Shown in pieces: positions 23,619-34,343 of a DNA stretch of 64,000 nucleotides. The position numbers and the translations under genes are program-made. The DNA comes from an uncultured bacterium (GTDB lineage: Bacteria > Patescibacteriota > Minisyncoccia > Phycocordibacterales > PALSA-1337): NCBI GenBank assembly GCA_963701025.1, contig OY969557.1:170405-234404 (forward strand), read 5' to 3'. How positions within the stretch are numbered: position 1 is the first letter of the stretch; each line of letters begins with the position of its first letter. The notes under the pieces are model-generated. The model was not told the origin of the DNA. It was given only the letters and a program-made list of their open reading frames with translations, and did not search any database.

Positions 23619-24080
23619 ATGATTGAATTAACTACCGGTATCGCATTCCTCGTGTCATCCCTCTACGGTGCCGGCCAAGCCCAAGCGGCTTCGGTCCCCG
23701 TTATAGCGATGGCGTCGACGACAAAAGAGCAGTCAAGCACGACGGAGGCCCGTTTCATCGATTCCAAAGTCCTTGAATCCTACGTCAAAGAGCAGTACGC
23801 GAACGAGCCAGTTCTCGTCGATATCGCCCGTTGCGAATCGACGTTCAGGCAGTTCGACCAGAACGGCAATATCATCCGCGGCAAGGTCAACCAGGCCGAC
23901 GTGGGCGTCATGCAGATCAATGAGAAGTATCACGCCGACGAGGCGGCCAAGCTGGGGTTCAACATCTATACCGTCGAAGGGAACGTGGCTTTCGCCAAGT
24001 ATCTCTACGACAAATCCGGCTCGGATCCGTGGTCGTCGTCTTCCAAGTGCTGGTCTGACGCCGAGCTCGCTAGACTCTAA
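23619..24080 (+). CDS. Lysozyme-fold/SLT-like lytic transglycosylase
   Basis: IARCES, GVMQIN and a C-terminal PW motif; TTGACA-17-TAGACT upstream near 23534. Confidence 0.75.
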   Translation: MIELTTGIAFLVSSLYGAGQAQAASVPVIAMASTTKEQSSTTEARFIDSKVLESYVKEQYANEPVLVDIARCESTFRQFDQNGNIIRGKVNQADVGVMQINEKYHADEAAKLGFNIYTVEGNVAFAKYLYDKSGSDPWSSSSKCWSDAELARL

Positions 24081-24090
24081 GCTTGTCTGA

Positions 24091-24996
24091 CTAAAAGAAA
24101 TTCAGAAACTTCATCGGATCTATGGATACGCCATCGATCCTGACAGTCAAATGCAAATGCGGCCCGACGGCATAGCCCGTTTGGCCGCTTTTGCCTATGA
24201 CCTCTCCGCGAGCGACCATTTGGCCATCCTTCACCCCAATGAGCGAAAGATGCATGTAGAATGACATGATGCCGAAGCCATGATCTACGACGATGGTATT
24301 GCCATATGTGTCGAGATCCCGGGCAAGGGTCACGACCCCTCCGTTTATGGCCATGACCGGCGTGCCAGTGGCCGCTTTGAAATCAGTCCCTTTGTGGGCT
24401 ATGGAATACGGGCCGGTTTTCCGTATATATCCGTATGGATTGGTTACGATCGGATCCGCCACGGGAAATCGGAACGCATCGGTCCAGTATGATTTCGCCG
24501 CGCTCGGTAGTGCAGCCAGTATCGCGTTATCGCTCGAAAGGTTGGTCACGAGGCTCTGTTCGCTTATAGGCGTGTTGCCGCCTAGACCTTCTGGGATACC
24601 CAGGGACATTTCGATCTTTTTGCGAGGTGCGACGATAATATTCTCTGGGAGGATCTGACCGTTCGAAAGGGTAGCCTCTATCTGATAGATCGCCGGCTTT
24701 TCATTGAGGCCGATGCCGACGAATGCGACCGGCTTTGAGTCGTATGTGAAGATGTGGAGCGGTTTGCCGTCAAAGACGATGCTTTGCACGGTCGATGAAG
24801 TAGCCACGAGACCATTTACCGTTATCATGACCGGATCGCCTTGGACAATGGTAGTGGGTTGGATGGATATCAAAGGCGCGGCTATTGGTGGCGTTGATGT
24901 TGAAGAAATAACGAGCGGGATAGTACTCGTCGCCAGATTATTTGTGAGACTATGACCCGACAGGAGAGCGAGCAATGCCAGGAAGAATGCTTTCAT
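24091..24996 (-). CDS. M23 family metallopeptidase
   Basis: HKGTD, YMHLS and GPHLH motifs; signal peptide. Confidence 0.92.
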   Translation of the reverse strand: MKAFFLALLALLSGHSLTNNLATSTIPLVISSTSTPPIAAPLISIQPTTIVQGDPVMITVNGLVATSSTVQSIVFDGKPLHIFTYDSKPVAFVGIGLNEKPAIYQIEATLSNGQILPENIIVAPRKKIEMSLGIPEGLGGNTPISEQSLVTNLSSDNAILAALPSAAKSYWTDAFRFPVADPIVTNPYGYIRKTGPYSIAHKGTDFKAATGTPVMAINGGVVTLARDLDTYGNTIVVDHGFGIMSFYMHLSLIGVKDGQMVARGEVIGKSGQTGYAVGPHLHLTVRIDGVSIDPMKFLNFF

Positions 24997-25059
24997 GCAT
25001 CAAGTATGGCATACAATAGGAGGGAATGGGTTTAAGCGTCCATTTGTCCAAAGGATACC

Positions 25060-25088
25060 ATGTCGCACAATAGAAACTTATGCGTCAT
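25060..25088. other. attL, dif-like site ATGTCGCACAA-TAGAAAC-TTATGCGTCAT
   Basis: 11-bp imperfect inverted arms (9/11) around a 7-bp spacer; the first 13 bp recur at 39400. Confidence 0.75.
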
Positions 25089-25121
25089 TACTCTCCTTTT
25101 ACGATGTTAAATATGAAAATA

Positions 25122-25388
25122 TCAGTTACCAGAATTTAATGAAAAATCTATCAATGAGAGCTGAATTTTATCGTCAAATATGGCGATCTTAAACGATCCG
25201 ACGCCAGGAGTATTGACGATGTTCTTCAGTTCCTCATATTGCCGCTCAGTTACTTTAACCGGATAGGCCTCGCCATCAATGGCTATCTTGAGCTTGAGGG
25301 ATACGCCCTTTTTTCCAGTTTCCTTGAACTCATACGAGTAAGGTGCTTGAGCAAGCAAAAATACACACGGTGTATTTTCAACTTTCAT
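25122..25388 (-). CDS. Putative phage ssDNA-binding protein (pV-like)
   Basis: 88 aa, beta-strand pattern with YEFKETGKKGVS hairpin; size and position match inovirus gV once the element is circularised. Confidence 0.6.
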   Translation of the reverse strand: MKVENTPCVFLLAQAPYSYEFKETGKKGVSLKLKIAIDGEAYPVKVTERQYEELKNIVNTPGVGSFKIAIFDDKIQLSLIDFSLNSGN

Positions 25389-25566
25389 GAACGTGATTTA
25401 AAAGAACTTACGTTGCTTATAATTCGACCTACCGGCTCGGAGAACGACTCACGGGCTGATATGTGTAAAGTTTAACAGGAGCGGACAGAAGCACAACTTT
25501 ATTTTCTTGAAACTGTGGATAACTGAAAACCAGCCTGTACACTGAAATTTTGTCAGTACATATGTA

Positions 25567-27081
25567 TTAACCAGCCTTTGATGCTGTTGGTTTATTATCC
25601 TTCCTTGCGTCGATAAGGATGATGTTTTCTTTGCCATTTAGCTTTAATTCTTCCAGAATAACTTTAGCTCTCTCGTGTTCCTCTGAAGTGAAATAAACAA
25701 TCACCCAAATTGATTTCTCTGTACTATTTACTTTCTTATATATCTCCAACTGATTTTGTAGATTCTTTTTGAGCTGTGAACTTTTTGCTAATTTAAATTC
25801 TATTAGTGTCTTATCCTTGTTTCCTCTAGATACGGAATAATCTACGGCACCTCTTCCGTTAGCTGATTCCCGATTTACATCCGAGACGGTACCGTACCAG
25901 ACTAGATAAAAGAGCCGCTGAACATCATCTTCTGTTCGAGGGCATCCATCTTTATCGTATAAATCTTTGTATATATCATTGTTCTCGATACATTTTTTGA
26001 ATGAAATTACTCTTGATAAACTTTCTTCATATGTATCATTTTTTTGATTGTAAAAACCGTTTTCTATTAACCTAGTAATGATATTCTTAAACTTATCGAT
26101 GTAATATTCCTGTAAATCCTCGGTTTTCTTTAGGCTCAATTCAACAGCAATATCACCTTTATCTTCCTTTTGCTTTACATAGTAATCAATAAGAACAGGA
26201 AACTCCTTAATTGTTTGAAAAGCAGCTTTATCTTTTTCAGCCCGAGTAGGCTCTTCTTTTGCAAATTTTCCGTTTTTATCTTTGCGTCTGGCTTGTACGA
26301 GAAGCTTTTGAAAATAATTATTGATCTGTGCTCTCAATTCAGAGTTAGTGATTGCTGTAGGTATTTTTTCAAATTCATCAAATAAATCTTTTCTATTAAT
26401 CCATATATCATTCTTGGTTAATAAATCGATTGGAGTTAATAGAACATAGTCATCAACGTAATGTGGCAACGTATATTCCATACTCATCCAGGTCTCCGTA
26501 TCATAATTAAATTTTGCTTTTTTAACTTTTACTATTTTTGTTAATGATGGGTCGATATTTTTATGCGTAAATGCTTGAGTATATTCAAGTAGAAATCCTT
26601 TAATTAAATTGGTAGTGAAATCACTTATATTATCCTTTCCAACACCGTCATGGACAAGAGTGATCTTTTCAAGATGTATACCTTCAGTTATTTTCTCATT
26701 ACCAAAATTATTAAGGACCTTGCCAAAACTTTCATTTAAGGAAATTGCAAATTTCTTTCCCAGCCCCCTTCCTTTGTTTCCCAGAACAGAATAACCAAAC
26801 CAGTTCTGTTCAACTTCAGGAAATCTGTATAGATTATCTATGAGACCCTGAGGCAAATTACCATCAAGACTATCTGTTTTATTTTTTAAAAATACCAGAT
26901 ACTTAATAATTTCAGCATGCAATATTTTGTACTGTTCTTTTTCACTGTTAAAAAGTAAAAATGGATCAACAAATAATGGAACATCAGATACTAGCGATGT
27001 GTTGAATGCACCATATTTTTTTAGTGCTGTGGCTGATACTTTAAAAAAATCAGCGAAAGATAGATTATTTGGAGTATTCAT
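25567..27081 (-). CDS. Stand-alone protein with C-terminal PD-(D/E)xK nuclease domain, candidate anti-phage effector
   Basis: DVPLFVDPFLL N-terminus; C-terminal E..NGRGAVD(Y)..LIEFK..QLEIY; intact ORF. Confidence 0.7.
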   Translation of the reverse strand: MNTPNNLSFADFFKVSATALKKYGAFNTSLVSDVPLFVDPFLLFNSEKEQYKILHAEIIKYLVFLKNKTDSLDGNLPQGLIDNLYRFPEVEQNWFGYSVLGNKGRGLGKKFAISLNESFGKVLNNFGNEKITEGIHLEKITLVHDGVGKDNISDFTTNLIKGFLLEYTQAFTHKNIDPSLTKIVKVKKAKFNYDTETWMSMEYTLPHYVDDYVLLTPIDLLTKNDIWINRKDLFDEFEKIPTAITNSELRAQINNYFQKLLVQARRKDKNGKFAKEEPTRAEKDKAAFQTIKEFPVLIDYYVKQKEDKGDIAVELSLKKTEDLQEYYIDKFKNIITRLIENGFYNQKNDTYEESLSRVISFKKCIENNDIYKDLYDKDGCPRTEDDVQRLFYLVWYGTVSDVNRESANGRGAVDYSVSRGNKDKTLIEFKLAKSSQLKKNLQNQLEIYKKVNSTEKSIWVIVYFTSEEHERAKVILEELKLNGKENIILIDARKDNKPTASKAG

Positions 27082-27200
27082 TATTATTTGTCGATACTCT
27101 AACACTTTTCCGATACTAAGTAAATATCACTTTTTCAGATTATCAAAATCCTTTCTATTTGAAGATAAATGTTGTATAGTAGGAAATACGATATAAATTT

Positions 27201-28661
27201 ATGGAAACCTTTCGATTGGAATTTTGGGCAGACAGCTTTCACGAAGGAAACTGGGCATGCGAAGAATTATCTAAATTTTTTAAATTAAAGGATGTGCACT
27301 ACGAACAGGGATTCATACCTGTTTTCTTATTCGAGATAGCTTATAAAAATAGTCTGATCTCTGTTCTTGGTTCATATAAAAACTGGTCTCCATTACCTAA
27401 GCCCATCGCAAATCTTCTTGAATGGGGTAAACCATCTAATAGTATTTAATCCTGAAAAGCAGAAAATAATTTTAGCTGTAGAAGAAACGGCGGCTGTTCC
27501 AACCGGAAATCAAGCTCTACAACGTTGCGAAAGAATTTACGGAAGTCTTAGAATGAACATACCTTTTTGGTATTTGTTAGGGGAATTCGGTCTACATGTT
27601 GACGGCGGAATTAGAAGAGATTCAATTTGGCCAACAGTTTTAGGAATCAAATTAAGCTGTATAAAGAGAACACCGTGTATAGTACTACACTATTCTGATC
27701 AAAGTCATCCCGAAGATTATTCAATAGGCGGGGGTGTTAGTTCACTATATGCAGCATTATCAGTTAAGATTGGAATACATTTTGGCACGAAAACTTTATC
27801 TGACATAATGCCAATACTTACAGAACAATATGCGTACATGATTAAATTTATTGAGAGTCAAGGTGCAAATGTTGTAAATTTTATTCCAAATAAAGAACAG
27901 CTATACGAAAAAAATATTCCAAAGAAATCAGTAAGCTAGTAACCTCAGATATACCTATAAACCTCACTTCATTAGACTTTTTCAATTGGGGAACAACCGA
28001 TGAATTACCAGTAGAAATTTATGAGAAGATTAAGCCAGGAGGAATAATAAAGCATGATGCCTTTATCAGTGAACTCGAAGAGATAGTCAAGAAAAGGCAT
28101 GCTTACACACTATCCGGCAACGCCGGGTCACGACCTCAAAATAAGGAAGACGTAGAAATCTGGATAAGAGAGCAACGGGACTTATTTTCAACAAATATAA
28201 TTTCTGATGTAAAATTCAGTCTTAATATTAATGATTTTCCTGAGAGTATTTCTGGGCGGTTACATGTAACGACAGCGAAAAATGTTTTCTACCTTGTAGA
28301 TTCCTGGACTCACATCAAAGATGCTCTTAAGAAAGCGTTTCCACGCCTCCAAAAAATACAACTCGAATATCGGATGCCAGCTTTTGTATATATTTCTAAT
28401 AGTCTTAAGCCGGGTAGAATATTTGGTGATCCGTTTACAGGACAGCTTTCTGCTTTCGCTAATATTTTCACAAAAAATGTTGAGGGAAAGAAGACGAGAA
28501 TTTCCATAGCTTACTACCCACATCAAGTTCATACGCAACTTTTTGATAGTGACCTAAAATTTCGTAGGAATAAGGGGATCATACTTATGAGAGAATTACT
28601 AGATTACGCGATGTTTCAGGGAGGAGTAATTATTAATATGCAGACCGGACAAATTATATGA
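27201..28661 (+). CDS. Putative restriction endonuclease, large subunit (frameshifted pieces)
   Basis: Joined frames give WGKP(D)LIV..ILAVEETAAVPTGNQALQR, about 480 aa; lies beside two MTases. Confidence 0.6.
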
Positions 28662-29240
28662 TCAAATACTCATTTAACATTAACGGGGAAATTGCTCGAT
28701 GGGTCACAGAAGTATATATAAGAAACGAGCAAAAAACGGTTGGTGGGTAGCGTTCACTAACCCAATCGCGGGTCCTTGGAAAAAGATAACGGCGTTAGAT
28801 GGTACTGGTCTTCCGGTTGAAATCTACCGGTTTGAGAGAGAAGGGGAACGTCCGGATCTAATTTTAGTAAATGATATCTTCAAGCTGGTAATGATAGTGA
28901 AGCAAAAGATTATTATCATAAACTACTCGTGCCTACACAGATGACAAAATCTGTAAGAGTCATTGAGGATATTTCAACAATCTTGACTAAGTGCCCCAAT
29001 AAGAATTGGGAAAATAGAATCAACTATAAAATTCTCGCATCATTTCTTTGGTATTCTGAAAATCAACAGAAATTATTATCAGAAAATCTTTTGGTTAGAG
29101 AAGCCTTCAAAAAGTACTCAAAAAAAGATGCTGACGAATTACTCAATATTGTTATTTCAAAAGACAAATCGGGAAATCTTAGCAATAATTTTATCTATAA
29201 ACATACTATAAGTCAGGATTTGGCATTACTTTCTAAATAA
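28658..29240 (+). CDS. Putative restriction endonuclease, small subunit (frameshifted pieces)
   Basis: ATGA overlap with the previous gene; RPDLILVND..MIV(E)AKD PD-ExK motif across a frameshift. Confidence 0.6.
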
Positions 29241-31105
29241 CGTCTTAGTTTCATTTAGCACCTGTAAAAAACAGAAATTCTTATCAAATAAGACCTTTCC
29301 ATTGAGTATCGATTTAACTTCAGATAATAATGGTGAGCCAATATTATCAGTTCCTTCTAGGACTTTTTCATAAAAGTTCTGAATAGTTTTTTTCCCGTCG
29401 CTTAACTCTGTCTCAGCTATATGTGTTATTACCTTATCAATACTGTGTTCATGTAAGATATTTTCATCATGTAGTTCTGGACGCAGATAATAATACTCAC
29501 GATCCTCAGTCGCAATAGGTTTAATTATTTCCTCAAACTTTTCTAGAAGCTGCAAATCCATATTCTCATTTAATATTGAAAGAATGATGATTCTCTGAAT
29601 TAGATTCTTTGGAGCCTTACCATTCCTACTAAACAACACGTCTTTTACCTTTTTAGTTAGAAAAAATTGATTATGTTTAGACTTTTTAATATTTTTTGTC
29701 TTCTTGAAAACACAATAATAATCACCAACATAACTAGTATTTGATGCCATTTGTGATTTTGATGATACAACTGCAGGAATTTGATATTTCGCTTCAATAC
29801 ACAGGAATGAAGATTCCTCAAATGATCCCAAGACAATTCTCCAAGCTCTAGGAATAGAGGTTGTTAAATGTCATGATAAGTTTACCGCCATTCTTTAACT
29901 TCTTTTGAAATAATAAGATGACCGATTTTATGTCTTTTTGATATTTATCCCACGAGCTCACATGTTCTTTTCTATCTGACACTATAATTTCATCCTTATA
30001 ATTAATTTCTTGCCTCAGGAATCCATTCCATATTGCAGAAAATTCAACATACGGCACGTTATCACCATATGGAGGGTCAAAAAATATCCCATCAACACTA
30101 TTATCATCAATCTTATCTAATCCTGCATGAGCCGCGATATTTTCAATTTTAGTTGAAGAAGAAATATTCTTATACTGTCGATGCAAAGATTCAAGACCTT
30201 TCAAAAATTTCTTGTGTCTAGCTTCAAGATGGATAATCGGATTAGTCTCCAGATGAAGGGGAGCAATCCAAAAACCTGGAACTGTCCAAGCGGGTCCACC
30301 CGTACTTAAGTTATTTCTATAGGGGATTAGCCTTGATGATTGTGCTACTGAAGAAGTTAGCATCAAGAGCAGGGCATTTCTAATAGATTTATTTTGTATT
30401 TTATTTACCTCATTAAATAACTCAACAAATATATAGAAAGTACGTGTTGTAAACAAATCTGATAATTTCATACCAGGAAAAGCAAGAATTCGTCTGTTCG
30501 GGATCAAATTTTTATCAAATTTAGGAACAGTAATCTCACTAAGAAGTTTTTCTTGTTGGCCTAGCCATTTTTTGTCAGTATATTCGAGATTATCTCTATC
30601 ATAAATCTTTACAACTCGAGTGCCACTGAATTTCTCAAAGTTAAACGAAAGTCTATTGTTACAATTCCGACAATGATATCTATTTCCTATTTTTGTAGAT
30701 CTGCTTATCGAACCATCAGCCCCGCATTCTGAACATTTAGATCCATTTCATGAACTAAGTATCGAATTTCCTTGTTATCAACAGTGAACAGATTTCTATA
30801 AGAATCAGCAAGTCGAAGTATTTTCTTGGCTTCTTTAGAAAAAACCTCAAACTGAGGCGGATTAGTTGTGACTTCTGATAGAAGTGCTGCTATAGGATTT
30901 ATATCATAACCAATTCCATCTATGTTATTCTTTTTTGCTTCTGCCAGAAAGACCCCACTACCACAAAACGGGTCAACCAACAATGAGTCTTATTAAAATA
31001 TGATCTTATATATTGCTGCAAAATATTTGACGGTTTTCTTGCCCAATACTTGTGAATTAAGTACTCATTCGGATGCGTCTGTGCCATTAGTGCTTTTGAT
31101 TTCAT
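29226..31105 (-). CDS. Amino (probably N6-adenine) DNA methyltransferase with Zn-ribbon insert (frameshifted pieces)
   Basis: IHKYWARKP, DPFCGSG (motif I), CSEC..CRNC, FFDPPY (motif IV). Confidence 0.82.
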
Positions 31106-32341
31106 AATTTCTTCAGAATTACAATCAGATCACATAGATTTATCCCGACTGCACCACCCTTTCTTCTTTGGCTCGCAGCCCACGATGCCTCTGTAAATTT
31201 TGGTATTCTTAAGGCGGTTTTTTCAACACAAAATACATCCTTGATTCTATTAATCAATTTATGTGTAACAGGAATATACTGTCCCTTGATTACCGTATCT
31301 CCGATCATTAACGCAATTCTGCCTCCTTTCTCAAGATATGTTCCCAGGTTCCGTATACCTTGTTCCATATCTACCAGATAGTCTTCTACTTTTTCAGGTT
31401 TACCTACTTTAAACGACTCTCTAACCTCACTTTTTCTAATATTGGCATGATCAATACCAAGCCATGCGAGCTCAAGAGAATTAACACCGCTGTATTTGTA
31501 TGAGTTGAAATATGGAGGATGACAGATTATCAAAGGACTCTTTTTTGAATTACAATTCGGCTCCTGTAGGATAGATCTTTGCTCGACTCTTACTTTAGAT
31601 TTTTTTGGTAACAATGGGAGATGTTCAGCGAATTCCATTACTTTCTTTTCAAAAAATGGAAAAGCATCTTTTTCAGCAGTTTCAACGTCAAGGAATAGTC
31701 GACCCTGCTGGGTTGTTGCCCTCGAAACCCGTCTAACGATACTTAAAAATGCAACCATGAGGGCATCCTTTATGTCCGTATCTTTTGCTGATTTTTCAAT
31801 TGCATATTTAATTCTCGAAAGCGATTCTATTGTCTCTGGTAAGAACCAATGTAATTGATTACGGAGACCTATTAACTCAACTTTGCCATTAAACTTTCTA
31901 GAGAAATATACCTGCTTAACTGATTCAAAAGTATTTAAATATTTTTTCGAATTTACAGGTGTAATTTTAACTTTGGAGATTAACGTTGAAAGAGGGCTTA
32001 CATCAAAACAGTTAGCAGATCTATTCAATATTAAAGCCTCAAGCGCAGATGTACCGCTACCACACATAGGATCAATAATTAGATCATCTTCATTTGAGTA
32101 TTTTTTTATAGATGTTGAGCTACTGGAGGTGGAAATTTACCAAAAAATCGAAAGATACCATGAGAATAATAGGAGAGAGCCTTGTTTGAGGCATTAGAAG
32201 TCCATATTTCAATATCCGGGGAAAACTTTTTTATACCACTATTTTTAATTAGATCTGCATATTTCAGAGAGTCTCCTCGTGCGAAAAAGGCAGAATATCT
32301 AATTCTGGAAGAGAAGCACTATTGTTTAATGTTTTAAGCAT
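31102..32341 (-). CDS. Amino (N4-C/N6-A) DNA methyltransferase (5' part frameshifted)
   Basis: GKFPPPVA, DPMCGSGT (motif I), ICHPPY (motif IV variant); ATGA overlap with the next MTase. Confidence 0.82.
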
Positions 32342-32428
32342 TTTGCAATGTATAAATTAATTGTTAGCAATGTAATTATAGCAGAGTACACTGAAATCTA
32401 ACTGTGGATAAGATATTATTGAGATACT

Positions 32429-32493
32429 TTAAATATATACTCCACACAAGAATCATAAAAAATTCAAGTATCTTACATGGAGTATATATTTAA
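32429..32493. repeat. Perfect 16-bp inverted repeat TTAAATATATACTCCA / TGGAGTATATATTTAA
   Basis: Arms at 32429-32444 and 32478-32493, between the GhoS-like gene and the MTase start. Confidence 0.8.
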
Positions 32494-32504
32494 TCTATTA
32501 TTTA

Positions 32505-32792
32505 TTACCTTACAACAGGGAGATCCCGATCGATTTCTGCGGCCTCTGTGATAAGCACTGATGACTTTCTGCCGGTACCATCTGCCACATCCTTTACAGC
32601 ATTTTTCATATCGGTAATATTTTGATCTGACCAGATAATGTACTCATTTGTCGGAAGATAATATCGAACTTCATCTTTACCGACAATAATACGACCAAAA
32701 CCAAGGCTACCCATAGCAATATCAAGAGCCAAGTTATCTTTATCTGAAGCATTTCGCAATTGAACTCGAGCTACATAGTTTTTTATATCCAT
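32505..32792 (-). CDS. GhoS/DUF2622-like small protein (ferredoxin-like endoribonuclease fold)
   Basis: YVARVQL..A...L...M...GF.R.I.G.D...Y.LP..EY pattern, 95 aa. Confidence 0.7.
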   Translation of the reverse strand: MDIKNYVARVQLRNASDKDNLALDIAMGSLGFGRIIVGKDEVRYYLPTNEYIIWSDQNITDMKNAVKDVADGTGRKSSVLITEAAEIDRDLPVVR

Positions 32793-33056
32793 ATTTTTGT
32801 ATTTTAGGTTATTAATAATTACTCACTTTAGAAACTTATACGACGCTCTATGCAGGAGGCGAGGATTTCGAGGGTCTGGGTCGGAGAGCCCAGTATTCGC
32901 GGTACCGAAATGTCCATTTTTTGATTACTCGTATAGTCACCTCGCAAGATCGTCCCGTGGGCAAGCACACCACTCGCCCCGGCCCAACTTTAAGTGTGAT
33001 AAGCGGTTACTATTTCGCCACTCCTGCACAGAACGGCGTATGTTCAACAATTCAAT

Positions 33057-33923
33057 TCATAGATATTTCTGAGCATTATTAAGCATTTCATGCTTATCAA
33101 AGTTAAGATATATGAGAGCCGAATACGGACTAACATGACCCAACATCATTTGAATGTCTTTTAAATCTGCACCGGCAGCTTTCATTCGATGCGCTTTTGC
33201 ATGACGAAACATATGGGGTGTCACTCTTTTCTCAATTCCAGCATTTTCAGCAATTTCTCTTACCCAACGTTCTACTGTTCTAGGCGTAACCCGCTCTCGA
33301 CCATATCTCTCGTCTAATGAAAGAAATAGACTCGATTTTTGATTTAGACATATTCGACTTCCAAGCCAACGGAGCAAGGTATCGTGATGAAAATCCTTAC
33401 ACCACATGATCCATCGCGTCTGCTTATTCTTTTTTGTCTCAATAGAAGTGAAGTTATCTGTAGATGAAATCTGATTCACATCCAGATCGCAAAGCTCACT
33501 AACACGGATACCTGTGTCATATAGCATGTGTAACGCAGTCAATTTTTGTAGATCATTCAATTCCCATGCGTTTAATGTTGCACACATGGCCTTGAATTCC
33601 TCATCACTTACTCCAATACGTTGTTTTTTGGCATATTTCGGTTCCTGGATGAGAAATGGGTTAACACGCGATTCTTGAACGGAGTTGAGGTAACGGAAGA
33701 AGTTTTTTAAGACACGGCAAGAATAAGCAATTCCGGGTGGATTACACTTAATAGCCTGCACGCGGTTATACTCAACTATATCCTTGTCCCTTAATAGCAT
33801 CGTATCCTTGTTAATAACGTACTCTGATAATCTATTGAGATACGGCTTGTATGTCTTAGCCGCCTTGGGGCTTCTAATCTCTTTCCACTCAAGGTAATTT
33901 TTTATGGCATCATTTATATTCAT
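33057..33923 (-). CDS. XerC/D-like tyrosine recombinase (phage integrase)
   Basis: TGIRVSEL (R), TPHMFRH (HxxR), LGH and catalytic Y; 288 aa with no arm-binding domain. Confidence 0.93.
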   Translation of the reverse strand: MNINDAIKNYLEWKEIRSPKAAKTYKPYLNRLSEYVINKDTMLLRDKDIVEYNRVQAIKCNPPGIAYSCRVLKNFFRYLNSVQESRVNPFLIQEPKYAKKQRIGVSDEEFKAMCATLNAWELNDLQKLTALHMLYDTGIRVSELCDLDVNQISSTDNFTSIETKKNKQTRWIMWCKDFHHDTLLRWLGSRICLNQKSSLFLSLDERYGRERVTPRTVERWVREIAENAGIEKRVTPHMFRHAKAHRMKAAGADLKDIQMMLGHVSPYSALIYLNFDKHEMLNNAQKYL

Positions 33924-33998
33924 TTAATTGATAATAGATTTAAAAAAAGCGCGGCCGACACGCGCCAAACTAATAATGGTAAAATCGTATCAGATGGA

Positions 33999-34075
33999 GA
34001 TAAAATCCTGATAAAGTTTTGATAAATTTTTGATAAAGAAAAGATAAATTTTTGATAAAGTTTTGATAAATTTTT
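33999..34075. repeat. Array of seven GATAAA-cored 11-bp direct repeats
   Basis: GATAAA starts at 33999, 34010, 34021, 34032, 34043, 34054 and 34065. Confidence 0.9.
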
Positions 34076-34343
34076 AATGAAGAAATCCAGCTTTACGCCA
34101 CAACGTATTCCTCGAAATTCACAGGTTTTCAACCGACTAATCCCAGTGGCCTCAGTCGATTTTTGTCAAGTTTATTGAAACAAAAATGAAAATTTGTCAC
34201 GTTTTTCAACACAATCAGAGATATTTTGGCAAGTATTTTTGTTTAGGGTGAGGCATTTTTGAGTATCTCTTATAGATAGTCCAACCTGTCCACTTGTTAA
34301 AGGGGAGTACGCGAGTCTCTTCCAATTTGTACTCGATTAAATC

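Noticed and set aside
24997-25121. tRNA or tmRNA as the prophage integration target
   Set aside because: No cloverleaf or T-loop/CCA signature is visible at either att site.
25511-32411. oriC suggested by TGTGGATAA DnaA boxes
   Set aside because: The boxes are isolated, dnaA and dnaN are absent, and gene orientation converges here instead of diverging.
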